Source: Octopus sinensis (lineage: Eukaryota). Taken from it: a stretch of 24,308 nt of DNA. The stretch lies in contig NW_021836389.1 in assembly GCF_006345805.1 (NCBI RefSeq), positions 1 to 24,308 on the forward strand, written 5' to 3'. The notes beneath the pieces are model-generated. The model had not been told where the DNA came from and ran no database searches. It was given only the letters and a program-made list of their open reading frames with translations. The translations under genes were made by a program, and so were the position numbers. This document shows, in pieces, positions 1 through 11,045 of this stretch (position 1 is the stretch's first letter; every line of letters starts with the position of its first letter).

Positions 1-57
1 AAATCAAATATAACGTGAACTTAAAGGAAAATGGAAGCTTTAGCATTCGTAGGCACA

Positions 58-215
58 AACATGGCTGTGTTGTTAAGAAACTCGCCTGGCAACCTTCTGG
101 TCTCTAGGTCGGTCCCTGATCACGCAGCTAAGTCTTCTGTCGAGTAACGTCAGTTTAGAAATCTTTCGGGGGAACCTCGTTGCTGTTGGTTGTATGGGAG
201 GTCGTATGATTTCAT
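58..215 (+). mobile_element. Degenerate tRNA-headed SINE (family B-like)
   Basis: atggctgtgttgttaagaaactcgc resembles the head of better copies at 14895 and 15935; heavily diverged. Confidence 0.35.
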
Positions 216-374
216 CTCCACATGTTCACACGCTACTTAACGTACCTGCTGGGGCCCTAACACCTGTTACTAACGAGGGTCAGTGTACGCCCGAGAACAA
301 TAGTGAGTAAGAGGTGGTTTCACATCCTTCAAAACCCGGCGCTCTTGTACAAGCTGACCCACAGACGCACGACT

Positions 375-386
375 AATATATATATA

Positions 387-418
<32 letters not shown>

Positions 419-432
419 GATATATATATATA

Positions 433-470
<38 letters not shown>

Positions 471-482
471 GTGTGTGTGTGA
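375..482. repeat. (TA)n + (TG)n microsatellite
   Basis: Direct inspection; explains the spurious ORFs 270-548 and 439-723. Confidence 0.95.
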
Positions 483-564
483 GTGTGCGTCTCTGCATGC
501 GTGGGTTTGCATGAACTCACTGTTTAGGAAGTGGTCATACTCGGTCACGTGTTGGCTTCCACCA

Positions 565-610
565 TATGATGATGATGATGATAATGATAATAATAATAAT
601 AATAATAATG

Positions 611-671
<61 letters not shown>

Positions 672-715
672 TGATAATAATGATAATAATAATGACGATG
701 ATGCTAATAATAATA
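565..715. repeat. (GAT)n/(AAT)n trinucleotide microsatellite
   Basis: Direct inspection; poly-N and poly-I ORFs are artefacts. Confidence 0.95.
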
Positions 716-1268
716 TGCCCTGATGCAGTACTAGGCAGTGACTCTCATGGCTTTTGATCTTAACTGATTGGAAGTGTTACCATGTACATTGTTTTGTCTT
801 GGTATAAAAGATGGGCTACAGCAAATATTCTGCTCAATACCACAGATTTGCTGTCTATTGTTTGACGTTAACCAGTTGATCATGTCATTTGGTGGCTGAC
901 GATATGTGCATCTCTGATCATGAGCAGAAGTAGTGGGGGAGCATCATAGCCATGTGTTGAGAGGGATTCTTTGGGGGTTTAAATAATTCACCTCTGGAAA
1001 CATGGGTGGTTCGTTCAACATCCTTAAACAACTCTTATTCAGGGACCTTTTGAGCAGGATGGGTTACTCGACAAGAAGAAAATTCTAACTGGGCCCCACC
1101 TGCAAGGTCATGTGCTATTCATCTTGTTATGAGATCACCATGTTGCGTACATATGGTTGTGATGCATGTGCCTAGTGTACCCTTATCAGACAGGTAGTCA
1201 TGATGGGTATGCTGGGTTTCGTATATTTTACCCCAGTGTCACTTTGATGGCATGCACTGCTCTCTCAC
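716..1268. mobile_element. Probable interspersed repeat of unclear class, bounded by (AAT)n tracts
   Basis: Mixed-sequence block flanked on both sides by (AAT)n; similar to a common octopus repeat from memory only; no protein motif found. Confidence 0.3.
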
Positions 1269-1270
1269 TC

Positions 1271-1333
<63 letters not shown>
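1269..1333. repeat. (AAT)n microsatellite
   Basis: About 21 near-perfect AAT units. Confidence 0.95.
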
Positions 1334-1334
<1 letters not shown>

Positions 1335-1541
1335 GAATGAAGCGGAAGATGGATTTGGCAGTAGTCTTTATTAGTACGGCGATCGTTTTGACCCTTCCTA
1401 TGACTGTTCTTCATGGGTGGGATGATGTTCATGCAATTGTGTTGCATCGACAAATGCTGTCTGGGTCACATCAGGTACATACATACATAAAGCGGTCTCC
1501 CGCTAAAAATAATGAGTTCCCGCTGCCATTTTGATTTTTGT

Positions 1542-1885
1542 CATGCATAAATTAAGAAATGGAGTCAAACGCAGTTGTTATTCAAATAATTTATACTTCC
1601 AACATATTTTTCGAAAATAGCATTGAGCTTCTTCCGGAGGGAGTTAAAATGGTGTAAAACAATGCAATCGCCTCGTCAAGGAAATAAAAGGAACAAAACA
1701 TATCAATAAGCCATTTAACCGAATGGCTTATTGTTGTGTTTTGTTCTTTTTTTCCCCTGATTGCATTGTTTTACATCATTTTAATTCCCCCCGGAATAAT
1801 TTTAATGCTTTTTTCGAAACATATGTTGGAAGAATAAATGATTTGAATAACACCTGCATTAACTTCATTTCTTAATTTAATCATG
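1542..1885. repeat. Imperfect foldback (MITE-like palindrome), ~340 bp
   Basis: Arms pair across the element, e.g. tgtaaaacaatgcaatc / gattgcattgttttaca; centre caataagccatt-taaccg-aatggcttattg (1704-1733). Confidence 0.85.
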
Positions 1886-2142
1886 TTATTTAAAAACATT
1901 TCACTAAACTCTGGAATTTCTACCTTTATAAGTAGGCTGCAATATCTTTGGCACTTACTTTTGCTAACCTGGTAACTATCTATTTATTTTTTCGTGTTAT
2001 ACATACACATTGAAAAATATACATACATTTATATATATATATATATATATACATATATACTTGGCAAAATTAATTAATCAATTAATAATTTTACCAAGTA
2101 GTTCGGTATGTTAAAAAATAACATTATCGGTAAATTTATACA

Positions 2143-2352
2143 AAAATTCAATAATTATAAGCATAATTATAATTAGGGCTCAGCAAAATTTGCTTCACCA
2201 CATACCGAAATTTAAAAATAGGAGTTAAAATAATATTCTACTACCATAAGATAGTAGTAGAATAGTATTTTAGCTGCTATTTCTAAATTTCGGTATGTGG
2301 TGAAGCAAATTTTGCTGAACCCTAATTATAATTATGCTCATAATTATAGAAT

Positions 2353-2355
<3 letters not shown>
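2143..2355. repeat. Foldback ~210 bp between (TA)n and (TACA)n tracts, with a small hairpin at 2059-2099
   Basis: cagcaaaatttgcttcaccacataccgaaattta pairs with taaatttcggtatgtggtgaagcaaattttgctg. Confidence 0.9.
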
Positions 2356-2356
<1 letters not shown>

Positions 2357-2444
<88 letters not shown>

Positions 2445-2452
2445 AATATATA
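2357..2452. repeat. (TACA)n(CA)n(TA)n compound microsatellite
   Basis: Direct inspection. Confidence 0.95.
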
Positions 2453-2457
2453 TCTTA

Positions 2458-2550
2458 CATTTGCTTTCCCCAACCACTTGGTTCTAGGTTCAGTTCCACT
2501 GCGTGGCAACTTGGATAAATGTCTTCTTATATATATATATATCTGTCTCG

Positions 2551-2640
<90 letters not shown>

Positions 2641-2835
2641 GTGTGCGTATGTGTATGTATGTGTTGGTGTTTATTGCCCAACACCGCTTGTTACCCGGTG
2701 ACGATGTGTTTACGTCACTGTAACCTAGTGGTTTGGCAAAAGAGACCGATATATAAGTCTTAGGTTAAAAAAGTATTGGGTCGGTTAAGGCGGTGCCTCA
2801 GCATGATCGCAGTTTTATAACTAAAACAAGTTAAA
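2458..2835 (+). mobile_element. Composite SINE (family B head, (TCTA)n tract at 2553-2640, family C tail), degenerate
   Basis: ggttcagttccactgcgtggcaacttgg head; ggtgtgtttacgtc...ggcggtgcctcagcatg tail; same layout as 14895-15300. Confidence 0.75.
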
Positions 2836-2849
2836 GATGAATCTATGTA

Positions 2850-3008
2850 TTCACGACAAGCTTCCACACATTTCCGTCTACCAAATTCACTCGCAAGTCA
2901 TTGGTCGATCCGTGGCTATAGCGGAAGACACTACCTGGCGACGTAAGTGGGACGGAACCGGAAACCATGCGGTTGCAAAAACGACTTGTTAATCACAGAG
3001 CCATGCCT
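2850..3008 (-). mobile_element. SINE family B head, minus strand
   Basis: tttccgtctaccaaattcactcgcaag is the reverse complement of cttgtgagtggatttggtagacggaaa in the + copies. Confidence 0.8.
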
Positions 3009-3654
3009 GTTTGTTTAGACAAAATCTAGTAATGATTAAACCGTATTTACACAACAAAAAATTAGAAAGAATGGAAAAGAAAGGAAAATACAGAACAAGA
3101 GGAAAAAAAATCTAAAAACGGAAGCTATGCAAGCATAAAAGTAAAGGAAGGACAAACAAAAATCTATACAAACTTAATATAAATGCCGGTGTATATTAAA
3201 TGCAGTATTTGAGGCCTTTCGACAGGGTATTATGCAGTAAAACAGCCACTGGGTTTAAAGCACGAAGGATGAATTAATTTACGCTTTTAAAAATAATGTT
3301 GAAATGAAAACAAGCTTAAACAAAATTGTATCGTTGGACTCTTAATATCAGACACTGATCTCATTAATATTACTATTAGAATTTTAATTTTTAACGAAAA
3401 AATTAAATGTGCATGAAATCTATAGAAATATGGAAATTTTAAAGTTTTTTTCGTGAATTTGAATATTCTTTAAGCAAATGCAGTCAGAAATAACAAATAA
3501 TATTTTTCTATTTATTTTTTTTCTAAAGAAAACGGCATTAATATTAAAATTTTCCATATTTGGTATTATATTTATATTCTAAATATTTATTACCCTAATA
3601 TGCGTCGTAATCCCGTAAGCTCAGCGTGGGCAGCAATAATATATGTACACATAT

Positions 3655-3792
3655 AAGTGCAAGCGTGGGTGTGTAGTAAGATGTTTGCTTCCCAGTCACA
3701 TTGCTTGGGGTTCGGTCTCACAGCGTGGCACCTTGGGCAAGTGGCTTCTACTATAGCTTCAGATTTGGTAGGTGGAAAGTGAATGAAGCTCT

Positions 3793-3800
<8 letters not shown>
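3655..3800 (+). mobile_element. SINE family B head
   Basis: gtggcaccttgggcaagtggcttctactatagc motif shared with other copies. Confidence 0.8.
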
Positions 3801-3825
<25 letters not shown>

Positions 3826-3826
<1 letters not shown>

Positions 3827-4368
3827 GGAGACCCCCTTCGGTCATGAATGACCATGGGGTTACACCTAGAAAGTTACACTCAGAGGCACAAGTCCGGGCA
3901 AGGTTGTTTGTGGAAAGCCAGCAGTAGCCCATGCATACCAATTTCTTTATTACCCACAAGGGGCTAAACACAGAGGGGACAAACAAGGACAGTCATAGGT
4001 ATTAAGTCGATTATATCGACCCCAGTGGTACTTAATTTATCGACCCCGAAAGGATGAAAGGCAAAGTCTACCTCGGCGGAATTTGAACTCACAACGTAAC
4101 GGCAGACGAAATACCGCTAAGCATTTCGCCCGGCGTGCTAACGTTTCTGCCAGCTCGTAGCCCATGCATACCAGCCTCCCCACTGATGTTATCCATGCCG
4201 ATACAGCATCGAACCAGTGATATCGCAACTCATTTCTATAGCTGAGTTGACTGGAGCAACGTGAAATAAAGTGTCTTGCTCAAGAATACATCACGCAGCT
4301 CGGTCCAGGAATCGGACTAACAACCTTACGATCGTAAGCTCGACGCTCTAACCACTGAGCCATGCGCC
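3826..4368 (-). mobile_element. tRNA-headed SINE (family D) interrupted by a family A SINE
   Basis: Minus-strand head ggcgcatggctcagtggttagagc (A-box-like); its other end matches 24232-24308. Confidence 0.8.
3941..4156 (-). mobile_element. SINE family A with a 17-bp target-site duplication
   Basis: gtagcccatgcatacca at 3924-3940 and 4157-4173 flanks the copy exactly. Confidence 0.9.
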
Positions 4369-4371
4369 TTA

Positions 4372-4556
4372 ACGTATATATACATATACATATATGCATA
4401 TATATATATATGTATGTATATATATACATATATGTAAATATATGTATATTAAATATATATACGTATATATATATATGCATATATATATATATATATTATA
4501 TATATATATATATATATAATATATATTATATATAATATATATATATATATATACAT

Positions 4557-4591
<35 letters not shown>

Positions 4592-4762
4592 TAAATAATT
4601 ATATATATATAAAAAAGAAATAATCGAATATATTCAATGAGAATACAGTATACTGAATTTCGAATAAGTGCTCTTGGTTATATATATATGTATATATATA
4701 TATATATAATTATATTATATATATATATATATATAATATAATATATATATATATATATATAT
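4372..4762. repeat. Degenerate (TA)n microsatellite field
   Basis: Direct inspection; short non-TA insert at 4612-4680. Confidence 0.9.
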
Positions 4763-4886
4763 CAATTAAGGATAAAATCTTAAAAGCAATCTTAACAAGA
4801 AATTATCAGGTAGTTAGCGTGAAAAACCTCATAAGAGAAAAAAATCCGAAAATAATTTTTTCACTTGAAATATTTATTTATATTGT

Positions 4887-5324
4887 TAGAGAGCATTATT
4901 ACCCATAAATGCGACATGCTAAGAGGGACATAAGTCATTACTACCAAAATTTAACGAATCATACCGAATGCAGCTCTCGAAGCAAGACATTTAAAAAACT
5001 GATTTAGTTCTATATCACCTGTGATTTCGCAATTAACGTATTAAATACGTCTTTTGTTCCATGTGCTTCGCTGAGGGAAGCAGGTGGCTGTTTGGCTGCG
5101 CTAGGTATGTGGTTATGTTAATTATTATGTTTTCAGAATCTGTTCAACTGATTACCAAATACGTATTTAATACGTTAATTGCGAAATCACAGGTGATTAG
5201 AACTAAATTCGGTTTTTTAAATGTCTTGCTTCGAGAGCTGCATTCGGTATGATTTGTTAAATGTTGGTAGTAATGACTTATGTCCCTCTTAGCGTGTGGC
5301 ATTTATGTGTAATAATGCCCTCTA
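4887..5324. repeat. Inverted repeat with ~164-bp arms (4887-5050, 5161-5324) and a ~110-bp spacer
   Basis: cacctgtgatttcgcaattaacgtattaaatacgt pairs with acgtatttaatacgttaattgcgaaatcacaggtg. Confidence 0.9.
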
Positions 5325-5326
5325 TG

Positions 5327-5363
<37 letters not shown>

Positions 5364-5543
5364 TATAGTTGAAATTTCTTGAAAAACAAAAGACGAAGAC
5401 AGGTGTACGTACAACAAACAAGTGTATTAATTTGGAAAAATGAAAGCCTTTTATGTTTCAAGTCTATGCTCTTCAACAGAAAGAAATAAGAGGAAACTAA
5501 ACAGAGAGAGAATGAAAAAAAACTTGTAGACTTCGGCGGTCGA

Positions 5544-5574
<31 letters not shown>

Positions 5575-5581
<7 letters not shown>

Positions 5582-5907
5582 CTAACACTCTGTCGTATAC
5601 GACGGCGAAGGTTCCAGTTGATCCGATCAATGAAACAGCTTGATCCTGAAATTAACGTGCAAGGGGCTGAGCACCCCACAGAGACATGTTACCCTTAAAG
5701 TTGTTCTAAAGGAAATTCAGCTTGACACAGAATGTGACAAGACTGACCCTTTGAAATACAGGTACTACACATTTTTGCCTGCTGATTGGAATGGAGTAAC
5801 GTGAAATAAAGTCTCTTGCTCAAGGACACAATGCGTCGCCGGGAATTGAACTCACGACCCAACGATCGTGAGCCAAATACAATAACCACTAAGCCACGCG
5901 CCTTCAC
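5575..5907 (-). mobile_element. tRNA-derived SINE with Pol III A/B boxes
   Basis: Minus strand reads ggcgcgtggcttagtggtt (A box) ... gagttcaattcccgg (B box) ... tgtgtccttgagcaag. Confidence 0.8.
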
Positions 5908-5949
5908 AATATACATATAAATATATACGCACACACACACACTAATATA

Positions 5950-6845
5950 TATGCGAGACGGTATCAAAAGTTCGAGGACTAGTTCCGTAGCGCGCCAACA
6001 GATGGCAGCATTCTGTTGTGACAGCACTCACAGTAAGAGTTAGCAGTGACCGTCATGTGGCATTATATCGAGTGACATCGCTGTGTTTACTTCGCAAGTT
6101 GCGAAATTTGTGATTTTGTGATCACGTGTATGCTGTGGTCTGTGATTTTTGTCATGGACCGGAAGTTGAAACAAAGAACCAACGTGAAATCTTGCGTTAA
6201 ACCTGAGAAATCTGCTACAGAGACGTTGAAAGTGCTTTGGCAAGCTTACGGTAATCAATGTTTCGAGTGGCATGGAAGAACGTCCCTGGAAGACGATGAG
6301 CGATCTGGAAGTCATACCACGAACGTCACTCCCGAAAATGCGGTATTGTGCATGGAAAGTTCGTCTCCTAGGGCCACACCGTCAATAGAGCGTTCTCCTG
6401 CGATGTTTTGAAGCGTCATAGGGAGGACATTCAGCGGCGAAAGTGACCGGATTTGTGGAGCACAAAGTATTGGATTCTTCACGACGTCAGTGGACCCTGT
6501 CACTGAGCTCTCCTCGCCAAAAATAACACGGTATCGCTTTCTCATCCGTCCTATTCAGAAGATTTAACACTTGCGCACTTCCATTTCTTCCTCAAGATGA
6601 AAATGCAGCTCAAACGTTGCCATTTTAACACCGATGTCGAGATCTAGAGCGAATCGCAGAAGGTCCTCAACTTGCTTACGGGAAACGACTTCCAGGCCGG
6701 ATTCCAAACGTGGCAGGAACGATGGGACCAGTATATTGCTGTGCAAGGCAACTATTTCGAAGGAGACGATGTTAAAACTTAAGTAAATAAGTTATTTTTT
6801 TTACTATTACACATGACAAGTGCAGGAAGGTTTTGATGTACAGTG
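5950..6845 (+). mobile_element. Decayed, internally deleted mariner (Tc1/mariner) DNA transposon
   Basis: N-terminal MDRKLKQRTNVKSCVKPEKSATETLKVLWQAYG...RTSLEDDERSG; C-terminal HPSYSEDL (cf. HPPYSPDL)...WQERWDQYIAVQGNYFEGD ending in TAA at 6780-6782; frameshifts and stops; degenerate TIRs. Confidence 0.9.
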
Positions 6846-7181
6846 AGTAGTCTAGTGGTTAGGGCGTTGCATTCAGGATAACGAGATCGCTGTTTCAGTT
6901 GCTGGACCATTTGGTGCATTGTGATCTTGAGCAAAACATTTCAACGGTGTTCACTTCGGCGCCCGATGCGTGGTACTGGTACATTGGGCACCTGTTCGGG
7001 CAACGTCCATTGATGGAAGGAGTGAGCTGATGTACAACAACACAAACATTTGATAATGGTTCAGGGTTCAGTCCTTCTGCGTGGATCCTTGGGCAAGCGT
7101 CTTCTACAATAGCCTCGGGTCGACCAGAGCCATGTGAGCGGATTTGATAGACGAAAACTGAAAGAATCCTGCCATATCTAA

Positions 7182-7239
<58 letters not shown>

Positions 7240-7420
7240 ATGTTTTTGTCTGTGTTTGTCCCCCCACCATCGCTTGACAACCGATGTTGGTGTCTTTACG
7301 TCCCCGTTAATTAGAGGTTTGGCAAAAGACTTTCGATAGAATAAGTCCTGGGATCGATTTGTTCAACTAAAGGCGGTGCTCCAGTATGACCGCAGTCAAA
7401 TGGCTGAAAGAAATAAAAGT
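6845..7420 (+). mobile_element. SINE cluster: degenerate D-type head, then family B + (TCTA)n + family C composite
   Basis: Motifs ccttgggcaagcgtcttctacaatagcc and ggcggtgctccagtatgaccgcagtc. Confidence 0.7.
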
Positions 7421-7465
7421 ATATATGTACAGACACACGCAGACGCATACATACACAAATATATA

Positions 7466-8132
7466 TCGTAACTGCCCTGTATAAGACGCACTTCCGCATA
7501 AGACGCACCCCTATTTTCCAGGATATTTTTGTATAAAGAGAAAAATAGTAAAAAATAAGAAAGAAAATCGATCGATATCAGTAACGTTTCATCACACATT
7601 TACAGTGGTTTTAGGGGAAGAAAGCCTGATTTCCTACATGTAAAGACAATATATATATACTAGAAGCATGCACGAAATCGAATATATGGTACCATTATTC
7701 TAACCTTGAAAGGAAAATAAATTAAATTTACTGTAGCTGAAAGCAAATATTGTACATTGATATCAACGAATACTTTTACATGCACACAAAGCAAATAGAT
7801 CGGTAAAAATTGGTACAAAGGCAGCAACAAAGTACAATGGCACAACAAAAGCAAATAAATTCCTACAGATTCAATACATGCACAAGAAGCAAATATTTCA
7901 TTAGTATTTGTTGTACAACCGGCAACATGAGAAAAATAGCTTCAGATGATCTTGTTTCGCCCCAAGTCTTTATCGTTTTATCAATTGATAGTGGACTAAA
8001 ATACGATGCAGCTACCCTATTACAGTGTTCTTTGGTGTAGGTTACAACGTTCAGTGAGTATTCTATGTTATAGCAATTGCCTTTCGCTAGTTTTAAGTCA
8101 TTGGATTTAATACTGCAGGCAATTTACCGTAA
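7466..8132 (+). mobile_element. Possible highly decayed pogo/Tc1-like DNA transposon
   Basis: Terminus-like cgtaactgccctgtataagacgcac with a direct repeat of taagacgcac; weak inverted match near 8105-8130; no convincing ORF. Confidence 0.25.
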
Positions 8133-8232
8133 ATCAAAAACGCTGTTCACTGTTCGCTGTTTTCTTTTCACAATTGACAGTTACTGGAGTGTGTGTGAAA
8201 GGAAGTAAATTCAAAATTTTAATTTGGTAGAC

Positions 8233-8764
8233 TGTGAGGGGGTGCTGAAAAGTTCCTGGCTATGGGTAAAAATTTAAAGAATACAAGAGGATCTGTTAAT
8301 TATAGTCTACTGGCCAAATCTGATCTCGACTAACCAACTACACACCAAGGCTAACGTGAAACGCAATAAGAAAAACTATTGAAGCAAGGAGATGAAAATG
8401 GGTGGGTCGAGTTTGTCGTTATAAACCGACCTCGATTATCAAGATCGCTTTGCAATGGGCGCCACTAGGTAAAAGAAGACGTGGCCGACTAAAGGAAACG
8501 TAGTGGAGATCAATAACAAAAGATCTTAAAAGCAGAGTGTTAACAATGGAACAAACTGTCAAGGACCCATTCAGTGTTAGAAGGTGGAATGATCTTGCTG
8601 TCGCCTCAAGTGTCACAAAGGCACAATGAGAACCAAATGAATGAATGAGTGAATGAATTCCCCTCGCAAATTCATACACTTATTGCAGTGGTCCTTCAGT
8701 TTATAAGCCCTATAAAAAAAAACAAAGTTCCTTAAAGCCAGGAACTTTTCAGTACCCCCTTGTA
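8233..8764. mobile_element. Non-autonomous mariner-type element with ~29-bp TIRs
   Basis: tgtgagggggtgctgaaaagttcctggct (8233-8261) and agccaggaacttttcagtacccccttgta (8736-8764). Confidence 0.85.
8290..8658 (+). mobile_element. RTE-like LINE 3' fragment with a (TGAA)n tail, nested in the TIR element
   Basis: Translates WVGRVCRYKPTSIIKIALQWAPLGKRRRGRLKET*WRS, matching the RTE ORF2 C-terminal W.P.GKR.RGRP motif; tgaatgaatgagtgaatgaa tail. Confidence 0.7.
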
Positions 8765-9219
8765 TGTGAAACATGGTTTCCTTAGGCCTGTCTTTCATTC
8801 CGATGAAGATGACCAGATTAGCAGTTTTATTCGTTGTTGGTCTTGGGGTTGTTTATTAGACCAACATCTCCCAAATATATAAAGCCGCACTTACTTGCAC
8901 GAGATTTCTGAGGTGAGGTAGGATTGCACAGTAACTACCCCACCTTCTCTTCCTGCTCTTCTGGTATCCAGTGGTAAGTCAGACTCAAGATAATTGAGAA
9001 GTACCAGATACTACAGCTCCCAGAACGAGGCATAACTATCTTACAGCTCTACTCCTGAGTCTTTCTTAGAATTGAATCCTTCAGTTATGCCTAAGTAAGC
9101 ATAACATGCTGGGCAGCAAACGGATTTGTCTTTGCCGGGAGCTTTTTAAAGCATGGTTTGCTATAAAAGCAGAAGAAAGATATCCATGCGCTCACATGTC
9201 TGTGTGTGCGTGTGCGCGC

Positions 9220-9220
9220 A

Positions 9221-9258
<38 letters not shown>

Positions 9259-9312
9259 ACACACACACACACTCACACACACAAACACACACACATACAC
9301 ACACAGACACAT
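9220..9312. repeat. (CA)n microsatellite
   Basis: Direct inspection. Confidence 0.95.
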
Positions 9313-9574
9313 TTCTGATTAAAACCGCTGCGAGGGTGTGAGCTTTATATTTTGCTCAAAAGAATTACTGGCAGGATATGCAACACATTTTTGTCTGCGA
9401 TGTTTCGTATTACCACGATCAATCACCGGGTTGTAGCACAATCCATGCTACTTACTCGTCAGCCATTTACAATTTGGCTGATAGGCATTTCAAGCTGTAC
9501 GCATTCTTCTTAAACATTCTAGGAGCAGTGTTTATTTATCAGGATGAAGCAGACAAATGTCTTTACTAAGTGCA

Positions 9575-9772
9575 GAGAGGGCTGTGTGGTTTAGAAGCTT
9601 GCTTTGCAACTAACTAGTTTCGAATCCAGTCCCACAGCTCACTTTGTAACCATATGGTTCCGAGTTCAGTCTCACTGTGCGACACCTGGGGCATGTATCT
9701 TATAGTATAGCTCCGAGTCGATCAATGCCATGCGAATGAAAGTGATAGGCAGAAACTATGTGGAAGCTCGTC

Positions 9773-9775
<3 letters not shown>
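9575..9775 (+). mobile_element. SINE family B head with internal duplication, followed by (TA)n at 9773-9833
   Basis: ccatatggttccgagttcagtctcactgtgcgacacc motif. Confidence 0.7.
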
Positions 9776-9833
<58 letters not shown>

Positions 9834-9836
<3 letters not shown>

Positions 9837-10595
9837 GATAGTAAGAAAAATAGACGAAGATGCACATTGTAGATCAAAAAGTAAAGGCTTTTTATGCAAA
9901 GTAACGAAAGCTATATACAATTAGATGAACTGAGGTAGGAATAAAAGTAATAAAAGTCATTATTGTGAAATTATTAAAGAGATTCAAGCATACCGGTTTC
10001 GTAAGTTACTAATCATTGCTTTGAAAACAAATATTCATTACTTTGAATGAACACCGATTAATGGACGGTGTCAGGTCTAATAGTTCCTGAGAAAAAAGAT
10101 TATTTGTAAGGGAGGTAAGTAGTTCTGGATTTGGTGCAATTAGGTTAGATATCGAATTGTAATGTGAATAGTGTAAGGGATGTATGGAGGTTAGTGGTAT
10201 TAATTGAAAGGTTACTAGTGTTCTGTATTATGTTATGTGTTCATATTTAGTTGGAGAAGATATTTATTGATGAAAGTTGCCCCTTTATTCATTCTTTGTT
10301 GCATTGAGGTGTTCTGAGAACATTGATAGAAGGAGAAAATTAGGAAATTAGGATTAGGTTTCCTAGCACACCTTTCTATGTGTTCACTAACCTGTAACTG
10401 GCTGTATTGTGGGTGGCGGATTTGTTCTTTGTGGATAGTTGTTCTTCGACGGAGTGATATTCCTGTTTGGCCAAATAGTTGTTACCACATCCTAAGCATG
10501 TCATGGCATAGATTAGATTTTCCGAGGCACAGGTAAAATTTGATTTGATCTTAAATATTTCACCTTGTTTAAAGTGGAATTCTGAACCCTCCAAA
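9834..10595 (-). mobile_element. 5'-truncated Penelope-like element remnant (GIY-YIG endonuclease region and 3' terminus)
   Basis: Minus-strand EGSEFHFKQGEIFKIKSNFTCASENLIYAMTCLGCGNNY matches the PLE C..NLIY.I.C..C...YIG motif and is homologous to 20267-20494; ends at (TA)n. Confidence 0.85.
9986..10021 (-). ncRNA. Minimal type I hammerhead ribozyme fold with an A3-U8 core
   Basis: Minus strand: AAGCA-AUGAUUA-GUA acu UAC-GAAA-CCGG-UA/UGCUU; stems I, II and palindromic III (ACCGGU) all close. Confidence 0.6.
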
Positions 10596-10599
10596 AGGT

Positions 10600-10877
10600 G
10601 GCGGCATGTTCAAAATTAAGGGCACTGAAAGGACCATGCCTATACGCTGGAAATCATCCAAGCGCTGGTGAGACCCATATTGGAGTACGGGATTCAAGCC
10701 TCTTCTCCTTATCTCCTCAAAGACATACAGCATCTCGAAAGAGTCCAGAAGCTGGCTACCCGCATAGTTCATGGTCTCAAGAATTTGTCTTATGAAGAAA
10801 GGCTGAAGACGCTCGACCTTTATTCTCTAGAAAAACGCCGCCGCCGTGGTGATCTCATTCTCGCTCACAACATCATA
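10600..10877 (+). mobile_element. CR1/L2-like LINE reverse transcriptase C-terminal fragment
   Basis: LVRPILEYGIQASSPYLLKDIQHLERVQKLATRIVHGLKNLSYEERLKTLDLYSLEKRRRRGDLILAHNII is typical of a CR1-group ORF2 C-terminus. Confidence 0.85.
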
Positions 10878-11045
10878 ACCGATGTTGGTGTGTTTACGTC
10901 CCCCGTAACTTAGCGGTTCGGCAAAAGAGACGGATAGAATAAGTACTAGGCTTACAAAGAAAAAGTCCTGGGGTCGATTTGCTCGACTAAAGGCGGTGCT
11001 CCAGCATGGCCACAGTCAAATGACTGAAACAAATAAAAGAGTAAA
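10878..11045 (+). mobile_element. SINE family C segment
   Basis: accgatgttggtgtgtttacgtccccgtaacttagcggttcggcaaaagag...ggcggtgctccagcatggccacagtc. Confidence 0.85.

Noticed and set aside
270-757. ORFs with poly-N, poly-I, HT and YI repeats (similar ORFs at 2297-2763, 9091-9341, 16630-17167, 23992-24231)
   Set aside because: They are translations of microsatellites that happen to lack stop codons
5446-5483. Minus-strand UUGAAGAG-CAUAGA-CUU-GAAACAUA, resembling a minimal hammerhead
   Set aside because: The 3-8 pair is U.G, stem III is broken and no stem I closes next to the core; at best a decayed PLE-terminal remnant
5800-5907. tRNA-like A/B boxes as true tRNA genes (also 4300-4368)
   Set aside because: They continue into SINE bodies and do not form a complete cloverleaf
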